From Ostrea edulis (lineage: Eukaryota), in contig NC_079169.1 of NCBI RefSeq assembly GCF_947568905.1, forward strand, positions 30,442,001 through 30,506,000: a DNA stretch of 64,000 nucleotides. Direction: 5' to 3'. The position numbers and the translations under genes are program-made. Position 1 is the stretch's first letter, and every line of letters starts with the position of its first letter. Below, piece after piece: positions 24,609 through 37,334 of this stretch. The notes below the pieces were generated by a model. That model ran no database searches. It was not told the DNA's origin and saw only the letters and a program-made list of their open reading frames with translations.

Positions 24609-24899
24609 AGAATGATTCAAATAAGCGTTGTAAAGTATTTGAACTTTCTAAACTTAATCAGAAACTTAATCAGACAATATAGTGTACGTTTATGAGATCG
24701 AACAAAGCATTGATATAACAGAAGGACTACTAAATCCAAAAATGTACTTTTCTTACACAATAGAACTGGAGTACTACAGCATAAGATATTTTTCTAACTC
24801 AATTACCAAACATGGAAATATACTGTCTGCACTGGAAGAAATATCCGCGAATACTAGCAGAAAAGCCTTTTTCAGTTTTTAAAAGATTTACTCACTTGG

Positions 24900-26360
24900 A
24901 CACACCCTGACAATCGTAGGCGGGGAAATGATTACTGTTGATTGAGTAATAATGAAACTGCGATTACTGCTATGACTTCCGATGATGTAGTAGTGATTAA
25001 TGTGTGCAGGCGCGAGGCATGGAGGTAAGTAAATTGTCAAACTTTGACATAATGCTTTAAAATCACTTCAATGGACAGACCATCGAACAACAAAAAGTGT
25101 CATTGTACAGTAACAGAAACTTAGAATAAAATCGTTACTGTAAACTTTCACGAAAACTACTGATGGTTTTACACAACGTTTATCAACATTTGTTCTTTGG
25201 GACAGATAAATTCAGCAGTATGAGTTCGAAGAAAGGATATCTCTAGGTTCAAAGATACATGAATAACTTTCATATTCTTTTAAGTTATCACAAGACACAT
25301 TTCACTGAACATTTGATCATTTTCTTGTGTTTTAAAAAATGTAGTTTTACATAATGATTACTGCAACCAAGCGGTAGGACTGGAACAGATTACGGTGTCT
25401 CAGTATTTCCCTGATTACTGCATACACTATGATGAAAGGTGAACGAACAGTGATCAAGCTCATCTCCTATAAGCAATACAAAATACAAATGTAGAATGAT
25501 ATGTAGATAGTTGGGCAAACATAGACCCCCGGACACACCAGAGGTTGGAGCAGATGCCTAGGAGGAGTAAGCATCCCCTGTCGACCAGTCACACCCGTCG
25601 TGAGCCCTATATCTTGATCAGGTAAAAGGAGTTATCAGTAGTCAAATTCAGTGTGCCACGAACGGTCGGTCCAACAATCGGTATGAAAAACGTCAGACAG
25701 CATTTGACCCAATGATAGGTTGTATTAGCAAATCATATCGTTATAACGACAATAGCATTTGCGAGATGCTGACTTTAAATGAAACTATTGAAGCTCCTGT
25801 ACCATCAACTTGTTTGTCAGTAGCTTGCCTCGATTTAAAAACTGACCATTCGAAGAACAAGCTCTTGCGTATCGAATCAACCTCATTTGTAGGTGATAAT
25901 GGAATATTGCTACATAAATATGGAAAGTTGACGATGGAGAAGCTGAAATCATCCCGTTTGTCATAAAGTTGAGTTGTTAGTTTTCCGTTAATATATACTT
26001 TCAATAAAATATCTAAGTATGGAGCAGAAGTGGTGTCTTTTATTTCGAGCTCGCATGAACTATTTGAATTTGTTAAGCGTTTCAAATATAATATTTGCAA
26101 GTCCATCCCTCTTTAAACATCCGACTACGCTAAATCATTGTTTTTTCTTTTGTCTGTTTTAGGAAAAAGAATTTTCATGTGACCAGTGCAGCGATTTAAA
26201 TAAATATGTATTAGTTCACAATAAGAACGTGGAGCTGGTTTTATAACGAGGTTCATTTAGTAATCACTACTACATCACCGGAAGTCAGAACAGTAATCAC
26301 AGTTACATTATTACTCAATTGACAGTAATCATTCCCCCGCCTACGCTTGTCAGGGGATGT
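24900..26360. mobile_element. Non-autonomous TIR element (~110-bp TIRs) interrupted by a Penelope-like copy
   Basis: aca..ccctgacaa.cgtaggcggg..aatgattactg inverted at both ends; TGG flanks both sides (candidate 3-bp TSD). Confidence 0.7.
25432..26070 (-). mobile_element. Penelope-like 3' fragment
   Basis: 3' UTR + ELEIKDTT..YLDILL..YDKRDDF. Confidence 0.85.
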
Positions 26361-27367
26361 TGGGCCACGTTTAGTGGCACAGAACAGAATTTACGATTGT
26401 CACTGTTCGATTCCTACACAGGTACATGTATATTTGTCGTGTTTCATGTCTAATACGAAACCAATCTGGAATAAACATTAATATACAAAGGAAAACTATT
26501 TGTTTCACTATATACCATAAATGATTGTGTAGAACTTTACAAGTGAAAGGTATGTTTTGAAAGCCTTATATAAATTCAAGGACTGCATCAAGTAATGTTC
26601 ACCTGATTCACAGTAAAATGTAGAAATATTAAAGAGGACATGAGAGTGAAGATCGGGCAACCTTCGGCAACACAAATTAAGTGGAATTAGCGGCACAAAA
26701 ATACGTTTTTCTGTCAAAAAATAATTTATTATTACATCTAGTGATTTGGACTATCATATTCATTGTAAAGAACAGTGATATTTTACTGTGAACCGGGTTC
26801 ACGAACATTACTCACGAAGTTACTTACTACAAGGCCTAGCGTGCTGTCGTTTCTCAATACAGTATTTTGACAATATTTTGATAGCTACATAACTATTGAA
26901 ATCGTATGTGTAATACTCTGGAGAGATTTCTGACAAGAATTCCAGGACCTGGATCAAGAACTTAGATCAAGAACGATAACTCAGATAAATATGTCATACC
27001 GTTTGATTGTTAATCTTTTCTTTGTAAAAAGATCAGAAAAATAAAACCAGTTGTTCAAATGTTAATCATTTCTATTTATTCTTTTTTCGTTGTAAAAAGA
27101 GGGGGGATGTTTTACAATTGTATATCAAACTGTGTATAAGTGCTTATTTGATGAATAAATTATTTCATAAGTGAATTTATTCATGAACTGCATCTAGGTT
27201 AAAAATACTGAATAAAGGGGGGGGGGGTTGGTTTAAATTTTGCAGTTGAATAAAAATCTTTATTTGAAAGGATATATATATTTCTAATGCAATACAACTG
27301 CATATAGGTAACAATAAAAAACGTAACTCTATAATTTTATTATTTCACAAAGTAATGGTAATATTCA

Positions 27368-28345
27368 ATGCAAGGTGAAGATAACGAACAGTGATCAATC
27401 TCATAACTCCTACAAGCAATACAAAATAGATAGTTGGGCAAACACGGACCCCTGGACACACCAGAGGTGGGATCAGATGCCTAGGAGGAGTAAGCATCCC
27501 TTGTTGACCGGTCATACCCGCCGTGAGCCCTATATCTTGATCAGGTAAACGGAGTTATCCGCAGTCAAAATCAGTGTGCCAAGAACGGCTTAACAATCGG
27601 TATGAAAAACGTCAGACAGCATTTGACCCAATGCGAGGTTGTATTGACGAACTAGATCGTTATAACGACCGTAGAATTTGCGAAATGCTGACTTCAATCG
27701 AGACTGTTAAAATCCCTGTACCACCAACTTGTTTGTCAGTAGCTTACCTCGATTTAAAAACTGACTATACCCAGAACAAGCTCTTGCATATCGAATCAGT
27801 TGAGATATATAAACACCATATGCAGGTGATAATGGAATATTGCTAGATAGATATGGGAAGTTGACGATGGAAAAGCTGAAATCATCCCGTTTGTCATACA
27901 GTTGAGTTGTCAGTTTGCCGTTAATGTCTACTTTCAATAAAATATCTAAGTATGAAGCAGAAGTGGACGACTCTGTGGTGTCCTTTATTTCGAGCTCACA
28001 GGGATATATCAATTCGACATATGAATGAAAGCTATCATTGTTAATAGACAAAACGTCATCGATATATCTAAAAGTCGAATTGAAGGTCACAGCGAGAGAT
28101 TTTTTCTTCTCACGTAGAAGTTTTTGAATAAATTCTGCTTCATATGAATATAAAAACCGGTCAGCTAACAAAGGAGCACAATTCGTGCCCATGGGAATTC
28201 CAACAGACTGTTGGAAGACCTGATCACCAAAGACCACGAAGATATTGTCAATGAAGAACTCTAGCATATTTTTTATTTCAACTTCAGAGTACTTGTGCGT
28301 GGAATCAGAGTGGTGTTTAACAAAGTAAGTTTTTGAATGACTGAT
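27368..28345 (-). mobile_element. Penelope-like retroelement (longest copy; RT palm/thumb + 3' UTR, 5'-truncated)
   Basis: FQQSVGIPMGTNCAPLLAD, FRYIDDVL, YDKRDDF..IVNFPYLSSNIP..PAYGVYISQLIRYARAC; consensus ORF stops at ..DVFHTDC*; shared 3' end ..gttatcttcacctt(t/g)cat. Confidence 0.9.
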
Positions 28346-28998
28346 CACTAGATATGAAAATTCTTTTTAAAAGTTTACTTTTGGACTAATCATTACTTTG
28401 TTATCTTTTTAATTAAACGTGCATTTCTACACTTAGTTCATCTGTACTGATCTCCAGTCTCTACTTTAACTACACTTATTATCCTGTCTCTCTCATCACC
28501 TCGGAAAAAGTGTCAACACCATCTATACTTTTAGATTAACAATTGTTGCCAATAAACTCCGAAACGTTTGTTACTGCTTGCACCTTTAATCTTGCTCCAT
28601 ATGTGAGGTGTAGTCCCTAAGCTATGATAGAATCCTACTTGATTAGTAAATATCGTAAAATTAATCAAAAACCTACTTTCGTTTTCGATAAAATACCTTA
28701 CAATAGCAAACATGAGAGTAGAGTGGCGGATACGCTTGGAGGCCTGTTTTCTTTTTTCTAAAATGACATTTTATTGATGATATGCTATGAAGTAAATCCG
28801 TTGTTTATTGATAATTGATTTTGATCATACAGAAGAAATAAGATTTGATAATTGTTGAATAGATAAAATATGCATCTTCGTTTCATCAATCCGTGATTTT
28901 AGTCTTGAATCAACCTTATGGAAATTTCTAGAACGACGCGAGGCTTAGTCTGGATCATCCCGACGTTTGTGTAAAACTTATACGGTACCAATTTTGAT

Positions 28999-29042
28999 GC
29001 ACCAGATGCGCATTTCGACAAATAATGTCTCTTCAGTGGTGC
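28999..29042 (-). ncRNA. Minimal type I hammerhead ribozyme (Penelope/retrozyme type)
   Basis: GCACCA CUGAAGA GAC AUUAUUU GUC GAAA UGCGCA UC^UGGUGC: complete catalytic core, 6-bp stem I, 3-bp stem II, palindromic stem III, AUC cleavage triplet. Confidence 0.85.
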
Positions 29043-30452
29043 CGAAATGTTTGAAATCCGAAATAACAATGAAGTTTTAGAGCTATTATAACCAAAAACA
29101 GCGTGCCAAAAAAGTGGAATCATCACTTTTTGGGCACAAATTTTGGGGAAGATTGCTACGTTGAGTTGATCTCCTAAGAGTTTTGCTGTTCTCTATAGGT
29201 ACAATGGGCGATGACACTGAAATATCAATCGGTGGTGCACATGATGTGTATACACCGACTCCCCATGGGTGTATACACAAACGTCGGGATGATCGAGACT
29301 ACGTGAGACTTAGGTCTACAACCAATCACATTCTCGGGCCTTTCCAGCAAGCCGATAAGTTGTGATTGGTTTACAACATGATCAGCATAAAATTGTGTAG
29401 ATGTTTAGTGTTAGGTATACTTATAATAGTTTTGACTGGTCCCATATTCATAATTTTATGAAGATTCATAACTCTGTTACTTATATACATCACATTCAAC
29501 GAAGGACACCCCATCTCCCGAGACCAACGATCTGACACATCGATAAATTTTTAAATACGATATCCATCTGATATATTCAATGTTCTTGAATATTTCCTTG
29601 ATTGTAGAATTAACTGTTACAACTAGCTTTTTGTAATAATTTATTAACAGTTACTGATATGAACAAACACATAGAAAAACACAAAAAAGTTCTTGTTTTG
29701 GTTGAACATGTTTTGTGATGGGTCAACACAGATCTTGAAAGTAAGTAATAAAGTTTGAAATTGTCCAATGTGTCAGATATCGAATGGTCCGGGACTGTTC
29801 TTGGAAGTTAGCGAATTTAGGTTGTACACTACCTGACAATGTGCAAAAAATTAGTCCACTGTTTACAAAATGTAACAGTTTTTCATTGACGGATTCTGAG
29901 GGGATATCCCAGGGGTCGGACACCCCCCCCCCCACACTTTCGACAGAAATTTTTGCTGGAAAAGGGTAAAAATCGCGCATTTTCAGGGTGCTTCCTTTTT
30001 GAAAACCAAAATCAATGGTGGACTCCCTTCCCCTTATCAAATACCTGGATCCGACCCTGGGGGATGAAAATTAAAAGTCCGGACGAAGGTTGTATAACAT
30101 ATGTTATCGTTCAAATTAAACAATTTCGAATAATCCAAACTTTGTGAAGAAATGGAATACTTTAATGGTTGTAGACCTAAGTCTCGCGTAGTCTCGATCA
30201 TCCCGACGTTTGTGTATACACCCATGGGGAGTCGGCGTATACACATCATGTGCACCACCGATTGATATTTCAGTGTCATCGCCCATTGTACCTATAGAGA
30301 ACAGTAAAACTCTTAGGAGATCAACTCAACGTAGCAATCTTCCCCAAAATTTGTGCCCAAAAAGTGATGATTCCACTTTTTTGGCACGCTGTTTTTGGTT
30401 ATAATAGCTCTAAAACTTCATTGTTATTTCGGATTTCAAACATTTCGGTTGA

Positions 30453-30496
30453 ACATCACTGAAGAGACATTATTTGTCGAAATGCGCATCTGGTGC
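30453..30496 (+). ncRNA. Minimal type I hammerhead ribozyme
   Basis: ACAUCA CUGAAGA GAC AUUAUUU GUC GAAA UGCGCA UC^UGGUGC; predicted cleavage after 30490. Confidence 0.85.
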
Positions 30497-30669
30497 ATCA
30501 AAATTGGTACCGTATAAGTTTTACATCATATAGTCACTGAATGTTTGGGGAAGGATGCTACGTTGAGTTGATCTCCTAAGAGTTTTGCTGTTCTCCAAAG
30601 GTACAATGGGCGATGACACTGAAATATCATCACCTTCAATCGGTGGTGCATATGTAGGAATGTTATGAA

Positions 30670-33600
30670 TTACTTGTGGTTCCGAGTCCAGTGCAGAAAT
30701 GTCTGGTGGGATATTTGAGGGGATATCAGATATGGCTCCAGTGATTTGGACAATTTTTGTGGATGAGAGACAACATCTATCTGGTTACTATCATCCTCTT
30801 CATCTGTGTGAGGCTCGGTATTTGAATCAATAACCTCTGGATATTCGCTTGTTACTTTGTAACAATCTGTACACTTTACCCGATAGGAATTCTGTCTCAA
30901 CTGCGATCAAGCAAACATACGAACATTGCACCGAGGGAAATTTATACTCACTACCAGATACCTATCACGACTTTTAGATTTGTTAAGATCGAACCGAAGG
31001 TAAACAATGTCGCTAATATGCAAAGCGGGAGCTAGTGGTGTTTTGTCGGAAGGGCTCTTTGCTCTCTCAATATATGGATGGTTTTCCTGCCGAAGTTTTT
31101 GTTCGCTGTCGTCAACAGGCAACTGCTGGTTGGTGAATTGGTCTCTTTGTGTCCACATTTCACGTGATGATAAGCCTCGCTTCCTAATGCATGTTTTGAG
31201 GCGAGCTGTAACGAGTGACAAGGACAACGGGGTGAGGATGGAGTTTGAGAGGTTTGAGCGCAGTATTTCATCCTCTAATTCTTGTATTGTTCTTTCCGCC
31301 ACTGGATTTTTGTTTACATTTTTGGGGTGACCGAGTTCAATGGAAATGTGATGCCGATTGAGGAGGTGATCATTCACCAGAGCCTTAAATCCAGGGGCAG
31401 AATCGGTTCTAATGACTGTGTATGGACCATCAAGAGGATGGGCCTCAGAAAGGAGTAGTAAAATGGCATTTCTTAGATCTTGATGGCGTTCACTTTCTAA
31501 AAGTTTCGTGTAGATAAAGGATGTAACACATTCCCTAATGACTAGGACCAATTGCCATTCCCGTCTTAGAACATATGCAGCAAAGAAAGAGCCAACTGTT
31601 TCTGGTGAGTCTTGTGAACTCTGCTCAACGTGCATTTTGGGGGTTTTAGAAGAGAAGCACACCGGTGACAAGTGCTGGTGACTGTTTCAATGGCTTTGTC
31701 CATATCCAAGGCGTAAAAGTACCAGTCCACTACAGATTTTAGCTGGTTATTGGACGGATGGTCCAATTTAATGTGTAGTGATGTAAGTAATCCATCGAGG
31801 ACATGTTGGAGCACCACTATACAGTCCCGACATGGTGTGAGGGGTAAATTCGTTTTGACAACTAACAAGCCATTTGTTGCTAAAGTGCATACATTGGGGT
31901 ACCTTTTGACATCTCTAATATTTGTAACTTTCTTGGAGGGGCGTGTTCCTTGACGTAGGTGTGTAATCGTACGACGGATGTCGGAGCATTCAGCTTGAAT
32001 GGACAACCATTCCCTTCGGCTTGTAAAGGGCAGTTTTACCTTGCCGTTGAGGTCATCTTGGGTTGTCATGTGATGCACAACGGAGTCCTCTTGTAGATGT
32101 ATGAAGGTGAAAATTTGACAGGATGGATTGTCGCAATTTGGGGCATTAAGAATTGAAAAGTCAGATGGTAGGATGGCTTGACCAGACACATGTCTAATGG
32201 ACACCTGGAAGCGACTTGTTGTTGCTAAGAAGGTGGATACTCTTGGGCTTGCCGAGAATTCGCCTCTACATAGCTTCTCATATGCCTGGACGCAAGGTTT
32301 GCTATCTGTGAGGATGCAAGCTGTAAGTCGAGATTGAATGATAAATGGGCTGTAATGCTTGATGGCTGCAGCGATGGAAAGGGCTTCGACCTCACATGGT
32401 AACCATTGACGTTGATTGGGTCTGAGTTTTGCACTGAAGAAACCGGTAAAAGGAGACTTCCGTTCATCTCTACATATAAAGTAGCACCTAGACCCGATTT
32501 TCACAAGGCGCCATCGGTAACGATCCACTACTGGCCACGCGGTCTAGATAAAGTAATTGCCTTGTGCATAGATAAAGCTTCTTGAGCCCTTGCAAATGTT
32601 GAATGAAGGTCATCAGTTCAAACAATGGGGTCCTTGGAGTCACATCCAGCAATGGTGTCTTCGAGCTTCGACAGGAAGTCAGATGTGTTCTTGATCACCC
32701 TTTATAAGCGTCAATAAATGATCTTAATGCAGTCACAGTTTGGGGGGTTGACAACTAGACAATGCAGATATCTGGTGAGGAGTAGCCTGAATAGTCCAAA
32801 ATTGCCAAAGCAAACCTGGAATTGTCGCTTGTTTTGGGGCAACGATAGTCTTTGAAGCCGAGAGGTTAAGGTTTGACTTATGTAGGGCATTAAGAACTCT
32901 TTCCCAGTCATTGAGTAGTTCTTCTGGAGTATGGCCATAATAGTATAAGTCAGCTGTGATCTTCTCAACTACCCCTTCTTGTACTAAATGGCCTAAAACA
33001 CGACAGGTAAGTTCCTCTAATGCCGTCTCCGAGCCGGGCATACCCATGGCGCTTCTGACATAAACTCGTACCCCCCGGAATGGAATTGCCATGCCGCAGT
33101 ATTTCATAGAATCTCTAGACAATGGTATTTGATAAAAGGACTTGGTAAGATCAGAGATCACTATGTATTCCCACTGCGCAATTTGTTTGAGAGTAGAGTC
33201 AACATCGGGCATTAGTGAGGGTTGGGATTTGCTATAACGACCTACGTCAGCAAATGCAATGACAAGCCAGGGGCCCATTTTACAAAACATCGTACGACAA
33301 AGTCGCAAGTCTTAAATGGTATTATACAGTTATTAGTTTAAACGAATGAATTAAAAGTTTTCTGAGGCTTAATTTTCAACATGATTTTTGTTTACTATTT
33401 GGCATTGGATAGATTGAATCTTACAATAAACGGGAATATTCCATTATGTAAAATTGGTCGCAAGTCGTAAGTTCTTTTGTAAAACACGCCCCTGAACCCT
33501 CGGTTAGGTTTCTTAACAAGGAAAGATGGGTTGATGTACCTGGGTGTTACACCTATCTCTTGCGGTCGTGCGAATACTCCAATACCTTCCAAGTCATCAA

Positions 33601-34898
33601 ACTACTCTTGAAGAGTGACGAGTTGGTCTTTAGAATACTGTGGAACTCTTCTTTTCCTTTGGGAAGGTTGTACGGAGCCCATATTCACCCTGGCTTCAAG
33701 TGGGCCAACAGCACCATTATAACCACTGAAATGCGGGTTGAAAACACTGTTGTATCTGCATAATATGTCTTTGAACTTAATTCTGATATCCACTGGGAGC
33801 AAAGCATCAGGGTCTAATCGGATTGCATCAGAATGCAACTGATCGGATTTACTTGTGGGTAAATTGGGAGTAGACTTTACTTCTGCACTAGTTGGTCCGC
33901 CAGGCACAAATGTTGAGCGTATTTTACAGTAGAGGCTCTGATCATATTGCCGGTGGCGCCACTGTCTATTGTAAGGCGAACAAGTATATGACCATAAAAA
34001 ATGTCAAGATACGGCGACTGTCTGACCTGGATACGGTTGGACGTTAAAGATGGTATGTGCTCCTCAAGTTCGATACAGTTAGTACAATCACCATCATCAT
34101 CATCATAGATCCCTGATATGGAACAGGCCTTTGCGAGGAACTGTCTATCTTGTAAAGGTAAAAAGGTATATTTAATGAGAAAGTGACGGTCCGGAAGCCC
34201 GGGTGTTTTACAAAGAGGGCAGGACTTCGGTGATGAGCGGTAAGTTTGATCTATCGAAGTTGAATTCTTTACTATCGTGTTCCTCGAAATAATTGGACAA
34301 TAATTTGCAATTTGACCCAACATTATCTCAAACATGTTCATTTTCTATTAGCGAGAGAGGCGGCTGGCCTCTGGTACAGTCTCTTCATCGTCAGCGAAAC
34401 CTCGGAATGGCGTAGCTTTGCTTTTCCCACAATGCTCCTGATATTAAGAAAGGGGCAAAGTTCTTGTCAAGAGAAAGTGTATAGATTAAGTTCTGTCTCC
34501 AGTTTTCGAATGTGTTCACAGTTCTAATTTTCGTCAGGCACCATTGTTTGGGGGCGCGGGGAGTACTCGCCATTGTTGTACCAAATACGTCACAATAACC
34601 GTCCACATTACTGATAATCACACGCGTCCACAGTAAACTTAATTACGGTGTGAAAAGGTACCTACTGATGTTGCCCTGGGTCGTATTACGCTGTCACCAC
34701 GCCAATATAAGGAGTAAAATTACAACACGTGTGTGGTTATCAGCATTAGCGCCACTTTAATAATGAAACCGGAAACCGAACATAAGACACTAAGAGACAG
34801 AGTAATAAACCGAAGGAACATTAAGTTCCGGAGTAAGCAATGTCTGGCGGTGTGTTGCAATTTCTTCTTTACCGGCACCGTGGCCCTGTTTTACAACA
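30670..34898 (-). mobile_element. Second Ty3/Gypsy retrotransposon, frameshifted and 3'-truncated
   Basis: Gag [13 protein letters not shown] (ATG 34573); protease IDSGATG; [18 protein letters not shown]; RNase [17 protein letters not shown]; integrase HIKLDHP/C..C and IRTDSAPGF...AERTIQELE. PBS-like TGGCGTGGTGACAGC ends at 34704, candidate 5' LTR ~34706-34898, no 3' LTR. Confidence 0.85.
33268..33494. mobile_element. MITE (PIF/Harbinger-like) inserted in the Gypsy RT
   Basis: TIR CAGGGGC..TTTTACAAAA..TACGA with CAG/CTG at the borders; removal restores GFR|[11 protein letters not shown]; a related end occurs near 35445-35480. Confidence 0.7.
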
Positions 34899-35514
34899 AT
34901 CTCTTCTCAGAGTTATCGTTATTTACACTTACATAGTCCCGCTGGTTTTTCAAGATTCTTGTATTTACGGTAAAAATGCTTAAATAAAATATGGTTTCTA
35001 CTTCAGATGCAAAATATATACGTAAATACATGAAGATAACAAGTCTTTTGTGATACAATAAGCATTGAATTGTGTTGAGACGCGGATTCTGTATGATTAC
35101 ACTAAATAGGTAGGTATGCATTGGAGTGGGAAATAAAACTACAATACATTGCTTGCTCTACATTTTCCTGATATTTCATGAACTTGTTCTTAGTTTTATT
35201 TTTATAAACCGTGACAAAGTGGATATACAAGAGGAATAAATTTGCCAATTCTTAAACGTTGACAGAAGTAAAGAATGACAACTAACTACCAAAACTAAAA
35301 ATGTTACATAGTTCTAAAAACTCGTCAACTTTATCAATTTTCTTACATTATCCTTATATAAAATTACATAATACTAAATTCTTATTAATCACCTTAACAT
35401 AACAATTTAATTAATGTAAAGATTAAGATAAATTAAAATTGTTGTCTTAGTCGTAAGTTCTTTTGTTAAACGTGTTCCTGCATATTGATAGAATTGTTGT
35501 AATATCATGCAACG

Positions 35515-35855
35515 TACACTGCATTCATGGTTCTTAAGTGTGGAAGCTTGATTGAATCAAACATTAAAGAACGTTCTACACAATGGATCTGAGGCAATGA
35601 ACGAACATACATGAGCAAAGTGTTTATCTAATAAACACCGATAAATATAAAGTTTGGTAAAAATGGCAGATAAGGGTCATGAAGGAGATGAATGGGATTT
35701 ACCCAAGTTATCTTTTGGAGACGAAGCTTCAATGACGTGAGTGTTTTTCATTTACATCTAATTCCTGCAGTTTTGAGTTTGTACTTGTGCAAAGAATTTT
35801 AATGGTCTTGGTAAACTCAACATCAGGGACGATGATCGCTACTCTTCGACTGATA
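35515..35855 (+). pseudogene. Truncated duplicate of gene B upstream region, exon 1 and part of exon 2
   Basis: 35663-35736 encodes MADKGHEGDEWDLPKLSFGDEASMT|gtgagt versus MAERSHGGDEWNIPKLSFGDEASMT|gtgagt. The exon-2 acceptor is AA rather than AG, and homology ends after tcgactga. Confidence 0.8.
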
Positions 35856-36357
35856 CATAAAAACAAGAAAAATATCCTACCTAAATGTGTATTGATTGTA
35901 TCATCAGAAACTCAGACGACAAAATCAAGTGTATGCATGTAAAAATTATATTTTATGTAGACTAAAACAATGACAAAAAAAAAACGCACAATGAAAGAAA
36001 AAAATACACACATAAATGTGAAAAATACCACAATGAATAGATCTCAATGTAGCTCTCTACACAAAAAACTTCTACATTGGCGCCAATATCTGAATATGTC
36101 ACGATCTGACATAGACATAGATTTGTTTACAAACTAACGTATATACACCTATGTAGCAATGCGTGGTATCGATATATGAATGAGCTGCTAGAATATCTAT
36201 AAGGTCTGGGCTTCCAAAGTCCGGCGGTATGAAACACACGTCAGCTCAGGTGGAAGTCAAGACAGCAACTGAATTGTGTTTACAACGAAAGGGTTGAAAG
36301 TTACTGAAGTCAATACCCGATCTAAAATAGTATTCATTTTCACTACACAACCAATGC

Positions 36358-36571
36358 TCAACGCTCATTATTCGTACTAAATATACTGATGCTCGACGCT
36401 CATAACTCGCACTAAATCTACTAGTGTTCAACGCTCATAACTCGCACTAAATCTACCAGTGTTCAACGCTTATAACTCGCACTAAATCTACCATTATTCA
36501 ACGCTTATAATTCGCACTAAATCTACCAGTGTTCAACGCTCATAGCTCGCACGAAATCTACCAGTGTTCAA
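36358..36571. repeat. 35-bp minisatellite, ~6 units
   Basis: tcaacgctcataactcgcactaaatctaccagtgt. Confidence 0.9.
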
Positions 36572-36883
36572 CACACAGTAATAAGAGAGAAGTTTAAAAT
36601 TTAGATTTTCTCTCTCTCTTTTCTTTCAATGCTACACACTTGTAAACGACCACGTTACGTCCAGATGACTTGTAAAACAACTGTAAAATGTGCATTCATT
36701 TCTCGTCCATTTCTAATTGCCTCTCTAATCTGAACCACCTGAGTGTAAATATTCATATGAGAAGAAAAAGGACGCAAATCAGCCAAGGCTCGGAGATAGA
36801 AAACACACAACTCGTTGGATAATAATCATATCCAGCCCCAAACCATGGAAGATCCTATATCTATTGTACATATTAATTTGAAT

Positions 36884-36921
<38 letters not shown>

Positions 36922-37078
36922 GAGTTGATATCACACAGTCAAAATAATTCAATAAAAAAAGCAGGAAAATAATATCACACAGTCAAAATAATTCAATAAA
37001 AAAAGCAGGAAAATCCAGAAAGCGCTAGTGATTTAAATATATTTTGGAACTGTATATTTTCCTGGGTTTTTTTTATTG

Positions 37079-37082
<4 letters not shown>

Positions 37083-37128
<46 letters not shown>
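37083..37128. repeat. (TA)n microsatellite (others at ~36893-36917 and ~38718-38753)
   Basis: Direct reading. Confidence 0.95.
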
Positions 37129-37132
<4 letters not shown>

Positions 37133-37334
37133 TGTGTGTATGTGAAACAATCCTTACCGGCATCAGATTGCTAAGATTGTTATGTTATGTCAATGTACAC
37201 TACATTCATGGTGTGGAAGCTTGATTGTATCATAAATTAAAGAACGTTCTACACAATGGATCTGAGGCAATAAATGAACATACCTCAGCAAAGTGTTTAT
37301 CTAATTAACACCGATAAATACAAAGTTTGGAAAA

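Larger units (their letters stand above)
28970..30525. repeat. Fold-back structure: ~355-bp inverted arms (28970-29324, 30166-30525) around an 841-bp spacer
   Basis: Arms are reverse complements with only a few substitutions and one short indel; the same 64-aa ORF appears twice in the track. Partial extra copies lie at ~28945-28972 and ~30540-30655. Confidence 0.9.

Noticed and set aside
27368-28345. Selenocysteine (in-frame TGA) in the Penelope-like ORF
   Set aside because: The consensus stop is TAG, and the 5' region where Sec codons might lie is absent from all copies here
29086-30404. Duplicated 64-aa ORF MCIHPWGVGV..
   Set aside because: Consequence of the inverted repeat; no recognisable domain
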